A stretch of 44,825 nt of DNA from Escherichia phage Gluttony_ev152. The notes under the pieces were generated by a model that searched no databases, had not been told where the DNA came from, and saw nothing but the letters and a program-made list of their open reading frames with translations. Location of the stretch: sequence record NC_073087.1. One strand, given 5' to 3'. Positions 8,635-16,307 of this stretch are shown here, one piece after another (the stretch's first letter is position 1; every line of letters starts with the position of its first letter). A program made the position numbers and the translations under genes.

Positions 8635-9438
8635 TTAACGGCGGCGACGTTTGCGTGGTGCTTCGTCTTCGTCGTCGTCCTCATCTTCGTCATCGCGTGG
8701 CTTACGACGTTTGCGAGGTTTTTCATCTTCCTCATCGTCGTCGTCATCGCGGCGCTTGGATTTCTTGGACTTGCGCGGCTTGTCATCTTCATCATCGTCA
8801 TCACGACGTTTTGACTTCTTAGCCTTGCGCGGTGCTTCGTCTTCGTCGTCGTTGTCCAGGTCTTCATCGGAGCAAGAAGACCCGCCACCGCCGAAGGCTT
8901 CACCGTCATCACGGAAGCGTAAACCCAGCAAGCCAGCGCCGAGTCCCTTGCCGTTGGTGTTGTTCCACGCCCAAATATCAAGGGACACGTTGCAATAACA
9001 ACCAGAGTAGATCTCCTGGCCTTCAATCTCGTCGCCGTCTATGGTCAGACCTTGTTCAGTCTGCTTCTCGCCGAGTGACGTTTGAATGATTGGTTGTTTG
9101 AACGATTTGGCGTTGATATACAACATGCCTTCGAATTCTTCGGTTACTTCATCGCGCTCGTCGCCGTCGCGAACTGCACATTCCTTAGAATCCTGGGCGT
9201 AGTGGCGGTCCATCCACTTATCGGCATTCTTCTCGGATTTCAGCTTATCGGTGAGCACTGCGCGCGCTGCCGCTTCCACTTTGTCCACCTGCGGATCTTC
9301 TTTATCCAGAAGAATCACGGCACGGTATGCCGGTTTTTGTCCATCCTGTTTAGGGGTATCACGTTCCCAAATTTTCAGGAAGCATACGCGCACATTTTTC
9401 AGGTTGACTTTAGCCATTTTCCAATTCCTCATTTTCAC
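8635..9438 (-). CDS. DUF2815-like phage single-stranded DNA-binding protein with charge-block repeat tail
   Basis: Position between polymerase and Cas4-like nuclease as in DUF2815/DUF2800 replication modules; C-terminal 90 aa of alternating poly-acidic and poly-basic blocks; sigma70-like promoter upstream (9483-9511). Confidence 0.6.
   Translation of the reverse strand: MKMRNWKMAKVNLKNVRVCFLKIWERDTPKQDGQKPAYRAVILLDKEDPQVDKVEAAARAVLTDKLKSEKNADKWMDRHYAQDSKECAVRDGDERDEVTEEFEGMLYINAKSFKQPIIQTSLGEKQTEQGLTIDGDEIEGQEIYSGCYCNVSLDIWAWNNTNGKGLGAGLLGLRFRDDGEAFGGGGSSCSDEDLDNDDEDEAPRKAKKSKRRDDDDEDDKPRKSKKSKRRDDDDDEEDEKPRKRRKPRDDEDEDDDEDEAPRKRRRR
8640..8870 (-). repeat. low-complexity GA/GAC-type repeats encoding acidic/basic tail of SSB-like protein
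   Basis: Reiterated TTCGTCTTCGTCGTC and GCGTGGCTT/GCGCGGCTT units on forward strand. Confidence 0.5.
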
Positions 9439-9482
9439 ATGTATCGGGGTTATTGTGAGCCACCCCGTCCGGCTTGGTTGCT

Positions 9483-9511
9483 AATCTACTTGGTTGCGTC
9501 TGAGCGGTCAA
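9483..9511 (-). promoter_or_regulatory. sigma70-like promoter candidate, TTGACC-N17-TAGATT (minus strand)
   Basis: Hexamers read on minus strand upstream of SSB-like gene; GCAACCAAG motif in spacer and just downstream of -10. Confidence 0.45.
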
Positions 9512-9750
9512 GCATTTTTATTAAAAAGATTTCGTGTCACGTAGTTGGTGGCGTTCTCGATCCAGCTTAACGGCGGGCGGTCGATGTTCTTCCCCACCCA
9601 GTCGACGGCAGCGTCGCTATATCCGTCGTCCAGCCAACGGGTTGGATGACGAATCATCCAGGCCACCATCAACACGCCTTGCACGCAATGCAGGATAAAG
9701 CCCAGCGCGCCGAGCAAAAACATCAATAAGATTGCGAATACTTTATTCAT
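9508..9750 (-). CDS. small membrane protein
   Basis: 80 aa with N-terminal hydrophobic helix FAILLMFLLGALGFIL; overlaps start of downstream gene. Confidence 0.45.
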   Translation of the reverse strand: MNKVFAILLMFLLGALGFILHCVQGVLMVAWMIRHPTRWLDDGYSDAAVDWVGKNIDRPPLSWIENATNYVTRNLFNKNA

Positions 9751-11173
9751 TGCTTAAGTCCTCGTCAGTAGCTACAGACCACGCAGGGCGCGGGTCGTCG
9801 ATGGGTGCTAATACCGGTTTAGCTGGTGCGCGCGTGATTTTATCACACAACTTTGCCCACACTTTCGGCTTCTCGTCCTTCAATACCTTCTCGGCATCAG
9901 TAGGGCTGAGTAATGTTTCTTTGTACATAACATCGCGCTTGATCCGGGCCTTCGTGAAGATTTCAATCACTTCGCTTTCGTCCGCCCACTTGCGGATCCC
10001 TTCCTTACCGGCAACCATTTTGAGGCCCAGCGATTCGCCATCGCCAGCCATAACCGCCTTGAATACCGCGGACTCGATAGCCTTGATGTGCTGGCGCATT
10101 GCGTCTAAACCTTCATACGCCTTGCGCAGTTCCGCGGCAGTCATAGCGCCGGAGGCCGCTTCTTTCTTGCCACGCTTCGCACGTCGTGCCGCTTTGCGGG
10201 CTTCGCGGGCCATATTGCGGTCATGATTGGCGCATTCTTCCTCTGTCGCAATACTCACGTCGTCGCCCAGGTCTTCGTCTGTTGCCGTTGGTTGGGTCAT
10301 CGTGTCGATTGCGGCCTTAGCGCGGGCGCTACACTGATCCGCAAATCTGCACCACTGACACGCATCAACGCTCGGTCGGAAGTCGGCACGGGTGAGTCCC
10401 TTTTTGCCGCGGGCGTACGCTTCCAGGGCGGCGATAGCACGCTTGGACGCAAACTTCGCGAATATCTCCAGGGCTTCTACCGAAATATCCCACTCCGACG
10501 CCCCGCCGCAATACGGCTGGAAGATAACCAGGCGCACGGTCGTGATGTCGTACATGGATTGCAGCTTGCGCAGCAGGCCGAGCGCATACAGCATAAGCTG
10601 TTTGTTTTCTTTCGCCTCGACCTTATGCCGCCCCGTCTTCAGGTCGCCAACAATCAGCATGTACGTGCCGTCGGTCTTCTTCATGACCATGACCATATCC
10701 GCAGTGCCGAACGTCTTAACCCGGTTGCCGTCGATCTCGAAGCCAGAGTGTAGGACGCGGGTCAGATCGGCGCGCATCTCAAGCTGAACAAACTCCGCCA
10801 CTTCGAGGAGCGGTCGCCAGTGGTCGATGTACGCGTCGCACTGTTTCACCATGTCGTCGTTGACCAGTACGCCGCCTTTCGGCGCTTTCGGGTGCGCCTT
10901 TACCGGCCCCTTACCTTCGTTCTCGACGTAACACCCTTTGTACGTCTTAGCGGTTATCAGCTTCTCACCGGCGATAATACGGTTTAGCACGACTTCAGAT
11001 ACGGTGTGCATACTCGTACCGTTAATCGCCGCTTGCCCGGATTCGTTCGGGATACCCTGTTCTACCACCAGGGCGGCGGGGCAACCCATCCATTTTTTAG
11101 CACCGGATGGCCCGAGTAATGAATGTTCCGTATTGCTACCGGATTGCGTTTTACGTTTTGGTTTAATCGCCAT
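9743..11173 (-). CDS. PD-(D/E)XK nuclease, Cas4/DUF2800-like
   Basis: 476 aa; cysteine cluster CQWCRFADQC typical of Cas4/RecB-family Fe-S nucleases; conserved neighbourhood with SSB and polymerase. Confidence 0.7.
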   Translation of the reverse strand: MAIKPKRKTQSGSNTEHSLLGPSGAKKWMGCPAALVVEQGIPNESGQAAINGTSMHTVSEVVLNRIIAGEKLITAKTYKGCYVENEGKGPVKAHPKAPKGGVLVNDDMVKQCDAYIDHWRPLLEVAEFVQLEMRADLTRVLHSGFEIDGNRVKTFGTADMVMVMKKTDGTYMLIVGDLKTGRHKVEAKENKQLMLYALGLLRKLQSMYDITTVRLVIFQPYCGGASEWDISVEALEIFAKFASKRAIAALEAYARGKKGLTRADFRPSVDACQWCRFADQCSARAKAAIDTMTQPTATDEDLGDDVSIATEEECANHDRNMAREARKAARRAKRGKKEAASGAMTAAELRKAYEGLDAMRQHIKAIESAVFKAVMAGDGESLGLKMVAGKEGIRKWADESEVIEIFTKARIKRDVMYKETLLSPTDAEKVLKDEKPKVWAKLCDKITRAPAKPVLAPIDDPRPAWSVATDEDLSNE

Positions 11174-11361
11174 TATTCCACCCTTGAAAACTGAGCAATG
11201 TAATAATCATGTTCAACATTGGCCCGCTTAGCGGCATTGTTCATGGTAGCCGCCAGTCCTCGAGCTTGCATCCAGCAGCAATTCCAGTTTTGATTCATAA
11301 TAATTTCTGGTTGCTCGTCGCCGGTAATACGGCAACGAAATAAAACAAAGAAGATAGCCAT
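11173..11361 (-). CDS. hypothetical protein (62 aa)
   Basis: Track ORF in operon context; weak. Confidence 0.35.
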   Translation of the reverse strand: MAIFFVLFRCRITGDEQPEIIMNQNWNCCWMQARGLAATMNNAAKRANVEHDYYIAQFSRVE

Positions 11362-11613
11362 TTATTTTGTCTCCCAGCGGTCAATTGTTCTTGCTTCGGA
11401 TGCAACTGCGAAGCGAACATATTCCAGATTGGAATCCGCCCAAATATAAAAGTCGGGATTAGTAAAGGTGGTGCGCTTGATTTGCGCGGGTGTATTGCGG
11501 CGTTTATCTATTACGGCAACTCGCGACTGAAAGCTGCCGATGCGTTCGAATAGCCAATAATAAGGGCGTTGGTCGCGTGAATCCACCGCCTCGATTAGCG
11601 TGAAGCGTGCCAT
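11362..11613 (-). CDS. hypothetical protein (83 aa)
   Basis: Track ORF directly following terminator-flanked repeat protein gene. Confidence 0.5.
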   Translation of the reverse strand: MARFTLIEAVDSRDQRPYYWLFERIGSFQSRVAVIDKRRNTPAQIKRTTFTNPDFYIWADSNLEYVRFAVASEARTIDRWETK

Positions 11614-11625
11614 TGTCTCGTCCTC

Positions 11626-11654
11626 TAAAAAGAGGCCCGCTAATCTGCGGGCCG
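11626..11654 (-). terminator. intrinsic terminator (minus strand)
   Basis: Forward AAAAAGAGGCCCGCTAATCTGCGGGCC; hairpin plus T-run on minus strand after gene ending 11662. Confidence 0.55.
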
Positions 11655-11661
11655 GAATATA

Positions 11662-12180
11662 TTAATCTTCCAGTTCGAAATAGGTTTCGACGATTTCTTT
11701 TAGCTCTTTGTGGAAGTCTTCGACGTCGTCATCTTCCAGCTTGGCGATTGATTTGATCTCGAACGATTCCAGCAGGTCGTCGAATTCGTCGTTCGCATCG
11801 TCGTCGTCACCACCGGCGATAATCGCGGCATACTGTTTGATCTCGTCGCGCATCTCTGCCAGCGGATCGGCATCTTTCTTACCTTTGCCTTTCGCCGGTG
11901 CTTTTTTAGACTTAGCCGGTTTTTCGTCTTCGGCGTCTTCGTCGTCGTCATCTTCTACGACTTCTTTTTTGGCCTTACCCTTCGCCGGTGCTTTTTTAGC
12001 TTTAGCCGGTTTTTCGTCTTCGGCGTCATCGTCGTCATCTTCGACAACTTCTTTTTTGGCCTTAGACGGCTTCTTGTCTTCCTGTTTACCAACGGCAGCG
12101 CCAACGGTTTCATAATGTTTAGCGATGGTTTCCAGTGCTACTACGCCGCGAGTGATCAGGTTTACGATTTGCTCAAACAT
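11662..12180 (-). CDS. acidic/basic charge-block repeat protein
   Basis: ATG at 12180 with GGAGATATACC upstream; two tandem 31-aa repeats KKEVVEDDDDDAEDEKPAKAKKAPAKGKAKK; first gene after the leftward promoter. Confidence 0.6.
   Translation of the reverse strand: MFEQIVNLITRGVVALETIAKHYETVGAAVGKQEDKKPSKAKKEVVEDDDDDAEDEKPAKAKKAPAKGKAKKEVVEDDDDEDAEDEKPAKSKKAPAKGKGKKDADPLAEMRDEIKQYAAIIAGGDDDDANDEFDDLLESFEIKSIAKLEDDDVEDFHKELKEIVETYFELED
11880..12070 (-). repeat. tandem repeat of about 93 nt in charge-block protein gene
   Basis: Two near-identical units (CCTTCGCCGGTGCTTTTTTAG...TTCTTTTTTGGCC), each encoding one 31-aa repeat. Confidence 0.6.
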
Positions 12181-12376
12181 GGTATATCTCCGATTGGTTA
12201 AGTTTAGGTGTCGGCAGTTAACTTCGTCGGTGGCCTTAACATATTGCCAGGTTACGCGTTCTCCCGTTCGGGTAGTGGACCTGGTTATATAATCACGGTT
12301 GGGAATCCTGACACTTCGATCCGGCCCCTGCGTTGCCCCTCTCCAGTTTGCGTCCTGCATCCTGTCGACGGAGTGA

Positions 12377-12406
12377 ATGATAGATTGGTTGCAGGATGGG
12401 TGTCAA
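12377..12406 (-). promoter_or_regulatory. leftward promoter candidate, TTGACA-N18-TATCAT
   Basis: Consensus -35 and near-consensus -10 on minus strand, TGCAACCAAT in spacer; about 200 nt upstream of first leftward gene. Confidence 0.55.
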
Positions 12407-12416
12407 CAACTAATTT

Positions 12417-12454
12417 CAAAAAAAAAAGCGCCGAGGCAAAATGCGACGGCGCTA
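12417..12454 (-). terminator. intrinsic terminator (minus strand) upstream of leftward promoter
   Basis: Forward A10-AGCGCCG...CGGCGCT; on minus strand hairpin followed by T10. Confidence 0.5.
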
Positions 12455-12523
12455 ACCAATAAGAGACAATGAGACGAGAATTATTATTACACGCGTGCGC
12501 GCCCGTTTCAATATCCAAAGGAT

Positions 12524-12552
12524 TTGACACCGTGCAGTTTTGGGTGTAGTTT
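12524..12552 (+). promoter_or_regulatory. rightward promoter candidate, TTGACA-N17-TAGTTT
   Basis: Consensus -35 with weaker -10; followed by inverted repeat TTGGTcattAACCAA and GAGGG RBS of HTH gene. Confidence 0.45.
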
Positions 12553-12583
12553 CGTTGGTCATTAACCAACTGAGGGCAGAGCA

Positions 12584-12913
12584 ATGAATGTAAACGACGC
12601 AATCGAAATGTTAACGAAGACTGTTTGCAGTGAGACAAGCCGGTCATGGGCATACACCGATGCCGTGGGGGCTGTGTTATTTGAAATCGAACGACTGCGG
12701 CTTACCGAAAAAGAATTGCGCGCCAGGCTGGAACTACTCAACGGTACAGCAGCAAGCAAGCTGCAAAAACACAATGAAGAAATGGAAGAATACAAAAAGC
12801 AGGTTATCCGTTTGCGCGCCGAGGGCAAATCTTGGGCGATGATTGCCGAGTTGACCGGAATTAATCAGAGCACAGTGCGCTCCTGGGTACGCAATAATAA
12901 AACTTCTAAGTAA
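12584..12913 (+). CDS. helix-turn-helix DNA-binding protein (putative regulator)
   Basis: C-terminal GKSWAMIAELTGINQSTVRSWV resembles resolvase/sigma-region-4-type HTH; first rightward gene after divergent promoter. Confidence 0.65.
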   Translation: MNVNDAIEMLTKTVCSETSRSWAYTDAVGAVLFEIERLRLTEKELRARLELLNGTAASKLQKHNEEMEEYKKQVIRLRAEGKSWAMIAELTGINQSTVRSWVRNNKTSK

Positions 12914-12923
12914 GGCCACGGCA

Positions 12924-15188
12924 ATGAGCTTGATTAAATTCGCTGTAACAAAACCCGCTAAAAAAGGCGAAAAAGCCAGGGCGGAAAACTTCCAGATGAC
13001 GACCGATGAGTTTTTCGAATTTATCAAAGATGCGAAAGAAATATCCTCGGTGCATATCAACAAGACGGAAGATAAAGCCGAGTATGCGCGCCGCAAGCGT
13101 AAGGCCGATGGCATCGTGGCGTATACCAGTGACGGATTGCGCCGCAAGACCAGTGCCGTGGACCGCTCGATCCTGTTCTTCGATATTGACCGCACCGACA
13201 CCCGCACCCTGCGCCGCTGCCGTAAGGCGTTCATCGACGCGGGTCTGGAACACGTATTTCACACCACCACCGGCGACCGCCACCCGCTGAAGGGCGGCAC
13301 GCGTTGCGCCCGTTTCCTGGTGCTCACTGACAAGCCTGTACCGGCTGAAGACCTGGGCCGCGTCCAGTATGCACTATTACACCAACTGGGCCTGTCAGAT
13401 GTGGACTTCGACGATTGCACGAAAGACACTAACCGCCTTATGTACCTACCACACCAGCAGTCTGTTATTAAGTGCCACTATGGCAAGCGCGCCCGCGTCC
13501 GTCGTCTGCTCCGCCTGGCTGATAAGCTGGGAGTGGAAAAAGAGGAAGTACGCCGCGAGCTTACCCAGGGCGACGACGCAGTGGCAGACGGCATTCTGGA
13601 CTGGTGCTTCCAGGCCGGATTCGAGGAGTTATCTTCTGGTCGCGGTTATGAAGTGCCGTGCCCGAACGAACATCTGCACAGCGGCGAAGGGTCGACGGCT
13701 ATCATGGTCAAGGATGGCGAGATCCGTTTCAAGTGTATGCACACCGGCAACGAGTGTTGCTCGGAGCTAAATAGACACCAGCACCTTGCGCTACGTCTCA
13801 TCGGGATACCGGACCACCTGAACGTCGAACCGCACAACATGTCACGTAAGCAAATCGCCGCCATCCTCCCAGGGCTGGACGACGAGGAAGTCGAATCCTT
13901 ATATGAACATATTGTTGATGCGGTTGGCGACGGCGAAGAATACGGCGTGTGCACCGATGCGGATCTGGATAACGAGCCGGTTGCGCTGTTCAGTAAGCAC
14001 GACCCGATTATCGAGGGGTTGGTTAACTTTAAATCAACCTGGTATATGGCGGGTGAGTCGAACATCGGTAAATCGTTCTACGTGCTGGGGCAAATGGGTG
14101 CGGTTGCCGCGGGGATTCCGTTCGGTGGCGCGAAGGTCGTCCAGTCTCATTGCTTCTATTTCGACGCGGAAGGTGGCGAAGCCTCTAACCAGCGCAAAGA
14201 AGCATTGCAGATTAAATATGAGCACGACCTGGACAAGCTGCACATTATCGATCTGCAATCACGCGGCTGGGATATCACCAGCAAATCCGGCTTGCGTGAA
14301 GTTATCAGCTTCATCAACCGCACCGCTAACGGCGAGCCGGTTGGCCTGGTGGCGTTCGACTCACTCAACCAGACTGTTGCGCTGCGGTCCGCCGATGCAA
14401 AACCGTTCGACGAGAATAACGCCAGCGATATGGGTGAAGTGGTCAAAGCGCTGAAGGCCATTGCGGAAAATACAGGCGGCAGTGCGGGCGTCATCCACCA
14501 CCCGGCGAAGGGTGCAAACGGCAGCAGATCTCCCCGTGGGTCCGGCGCGCTGCATGGCGCTGTCGATTCTGCGTTCTTCCTGGAGCAACCGGACGACAAT
14601 CAGCCGGGCCAATTGAACCTGTATCACGAAAAGGCACGTAACGGCATCAAGCAAGCGCCGCGCGGCTTCGTCCTGCTCAAGTGCAAGGTTAAGGTGGATC
14701 TCCGCAAGTCCGAAGCGTTCGAATCACACCAGTCCACCAGCACCGGGCCTGACTTCGGCGACGTGGTTGCCGGTTGGGACGTCAAGCCAATTGCATCCAC
14801 GCCACGCGACGAGACTCTTTATCTCGTACCGGTCGCCCTGGCACCGTTCGCCATCGAACAGGCGAAGGCCGCGGGCAAGGCCGCAGTTAAGGATGAGAAC
14901 GCCGCAGGACCGCGCAATGAAAAAGAGAAAGTGCTTTATGCGGCACTGGAAAAACTGATGGAAGATAACCCGGACCATACCGGATTCAGTAAATCGGCAA
15001 TTGTCCGCCAGGCGGGATTGGCAAAAGGTGGCACATCGACGAAGGCAATAGACGATATGGTCGAGCGCGGCGTGCTTGGGTTTTACACAGACCCACACAC
15101 CGGGGCCATCTATGGGTCGTCTAATATCGTCATCAAAACGAATATACCCATCACGCTTTCGGCTACCGATGACGACCTGAAAGATTAA
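12924..15188 (+). CDS. primase/helicase (RecA-like P-loop ATPase domain)
   Basis: 754 aa; Walker A GESNIGKS; IHHPAKG motif typical of RepA/AAA_25-type helicase domains; N-terminal region may be the primase part. Confidence 0.8.
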   Translation: MSLIKFAVTKPAKKGEKARAENFQMTTDEFFEFIKDAKEISSVHINKTEDKAEYARRKRKADGIVAYTSDGLRRKTSAVDRSILFFDIDRTDTRTLRRCRKAFIDAGLEHVFHTTTGDRHPLKGGTRCARFLVLTDKPVPAEDLGRVQYALLHQLGLSDVDFDDCTKDTNRLMYLPHQQSVIKCHYGKRARVRRLLRLADKLGVEKEEVRRELTQGDDAVADGILDWCFQAGFEELSSGRGYEVPCPNEHLHSGEGSTAIMVKDGEIRFKCMHTGNECCSELNRHQHLALRLIGIPDHLNVEPHNMSRKQIAAILPGLDDEEVESLYEHIVDAVGDGEEYGVCTDADLDNEPVALFSKHDPIIEGLVNFKSTWYMAGESNIGKSFYVLGQMGAVAAGIPFGGAKVVQSHCFYFDAEGGEASNQRKEALQIKYEHDLDKLHIIDLQSRGWDITSKSGLREVISFINRTANGEPVGLVAFDSLNQTVALRSADAKPFDENNASDMGEVVKALKAIAENTGGSAGVIHHPAKGANGSRSPRGSGALHGAVDSAFFLEQPDDNQPGQLNLYHEKARNGIKQAPRGFVLLKCKVKVDLRKSEAFESHQSTSTGPDFGDVVAGWDVKPIASTPRDETLYLVPVALAPFAIEQAKAAGKAAVKDENAAGPRNEKEKVLYAALEKLMEDNPDHTGFSKSAIVRQAGLAKGGTSTKAIDDMVERGVLGFYTDPHTGAIYGSSNIVIKTNIPITLSATDDDLKD

Positions 15189-15265
15189 ATCCTGCGCGCA
15201 TTGGTTGCCGATATGGGAATTCCCATATCGCTAAAAGGTTAAATTTTGCGCGCATTGGTTGCCAT
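15189..15265. promoter_or_regulatory. direct repeat - 20-bp perfect palindrome - direct repeat, candidate protein-binding or origin element
   Basis: TGCGCGCATTGGTTGCC twice flanking GATATGGGAATTCCCATATC, immediately after primase/helicase stop. Confidence 0.4.
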
Positions 15266-15348
15266 TTTGAGTGTTTTTATCAGGTCGTATTGGTTGCCGT
15301 GTAGTGTGAATATAGTGAATAGTTATGCAGTTTTGTTGCATAAAGTAA

Positions 15349-15510
15349 GCGGGACAAAAAGCGGGACAAACAAGGGGCGGGACAAAGCGGGACAGCACCC
15401 CCGTCCCGCCCCTGATGGCGCGGCCTGGAGAGGAGCGGGACAGGCGGGACAACCCCCAGTCTTTCAGACTAGACGGGGGTCAATGGCCCCCCTCGTCTGA
15501 GACTGAATAA
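15349..15510 (+). repeat. noncoding cassette A: GCGGGACA direct-repeat array plus conserved 53-nt element
   Basis: Six direct and one inverted copy of GCGGGACA(A/G) within about 100 bp, followed by AGTCTTTCAGACTAGACGGGGGTCAATGGCCCCCCTCGTCTGAGACTGAATAA (15458-15510). Confidence 0.7.
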
Positions 15511-15665
15511 AATCCGGGGATTGCAAAATACACGGCAGCATGATGCGAATTGCGGTCGACGATGAACTAGGCAACCAATGCGAGTTGCATTATGCTGAGT
15601 GAAAAATGCGGTTTGCAGTCGCAGCAGATAGCGATCAACTTTTTCATGCGCGTGATTAATATTGG

Positions 15666-15694
15666 TTGCGCCCAGCCTGGCACCTTGCTATATT
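15666..15694 (+). promoter_or_regulatory. promoter candidate, TTGCGC-N17-TATATT
   Basis: Hexamers with 17-nt spacer; ATTGGTTGC motif overlapping -35 and again immediately after -10; leader TATATTGGTTGCACACCAACATGAGGAC nearly identical to the leader at 26033-26061 on the minus strand. Confidence 0.55.
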
Positions 15695-15722
15695 GGTTGC
15701 ACACCAACATGAGGACTGAACA

Positions 15723-16028
15723 ATGAAAGCAATTATCTGGAATTACGCAATGGCGATGGCGAAGCTGTACGAAGCAAAACACACAAACGGCAACGCAGAC
15801 GACGCGCGCCAGGCTGTCATCCTGGCCCAGCAGGGAATCATGAACGCGTTCGACGATATGTTTGCCAGCCTGGACGAACTGGAACCTCTGCGCGTGGCAA
15901 TCTGCGAATATGCTATGGCATTTGCCCGTGAACGCCTGGCGTATCGCTTCGGGATCGGCGAGACGGCAGTGACAAACGTTGCCCGGATTAAAGCCCAGCG
16001 TGAGCTATTCGCCCAGCTTGCGAAATAA
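15723..16028 (+). CDS. hypothetical protein (101 aa)
   Basis: Track ORF with GAGGAC RBS and upstream TTGCGC-N17-TATATT promoter. Confidence 0.55.
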   Translation: MKAIIWNYAMAMAKLYEAKHTNGNADDARQAVILAQQGIMNAFDDMFASLDELEPLRVAICEYAMAFARERLAYRFGIGETAVTNVARIKAQRELFAQLAK

Positions 16029-16037
16029 GAGGCCAAA

Positions 16038-16307
16038 ATGACCCGTAGACGCGCAAAACAGCTTTCGTGGCATATCCCCCTGCATTGCATACGAATATGG
16101 GCTAAGAATGCGAATGAGGGGGATTCTGTATTCTGGTGCTATCGCGATGATGTGAAGCCGTTAACGCAGACTCGCTACTTGCACCAGTTCGCAGCAAAGC
16201 ACGGATTCTATGTGCGGACCTCCTTGCAACCAATGGGGATCCGTATTACATTACGCCGGAAGCCCGCCGTTGAGCGGGTAGGCAAACACTGGAGACTGAG
16301 AAAATGA
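16038..16307 (+). CDS. hypothetical protein (89 aa)
   Basis: Track ORF, tight spacing with neighbours. Confidence 0.5.
   Translation: MTRRRAKQLSWHIPLHCIRIWAKNANEGDSVFWCYRDDVKPLTQTRYLHQFAAKHGFYVRTSLQPMGIRITLRRKPAVERVGKHWRLRK

Noticed and set aside
8651-8998. Poly-serine ORF (115 aa) on plus strand
   Set aside because: Mirror translation of the GA-rich repeats encoding the charged tail of the minus-strand SSB-like gene.
11708-12115. Ser-rich plus-strand ORF (135 aa)
   Set aside because: Antisense shadow of the charge-block repeat gene 11662..12180.
15340-15460. CRISPR array in the GGGACA repeat cassettes
   Set aside because: Repeat unit is only 8-10 bp with 1-12 bp irregular gaps; CRISPR repeats are 24-48 bp with uniform spacers, and no cas genes are adjacent.
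15246-15500. Track ORFs 15246..15500 (84 aa) and 31694..31963 (89 aa) as paralogous small proteins
   Set aside because: They are translations of the repeat arrays and hairpin element, Gly/Arg/Pro/Ala-rich and low-complexity, with no RBS. Their similarity follows from nucleotide-level duplication, whose palindromic structure is better explained as noncoding. Kept as an alternative to test.
15458-15510. tRNA gene in the conserved 53-nt element
   Set aside because: No acceptor-stem complement at the expected distance, no GTTC-type T-loop, no anticodon arm arrangement.
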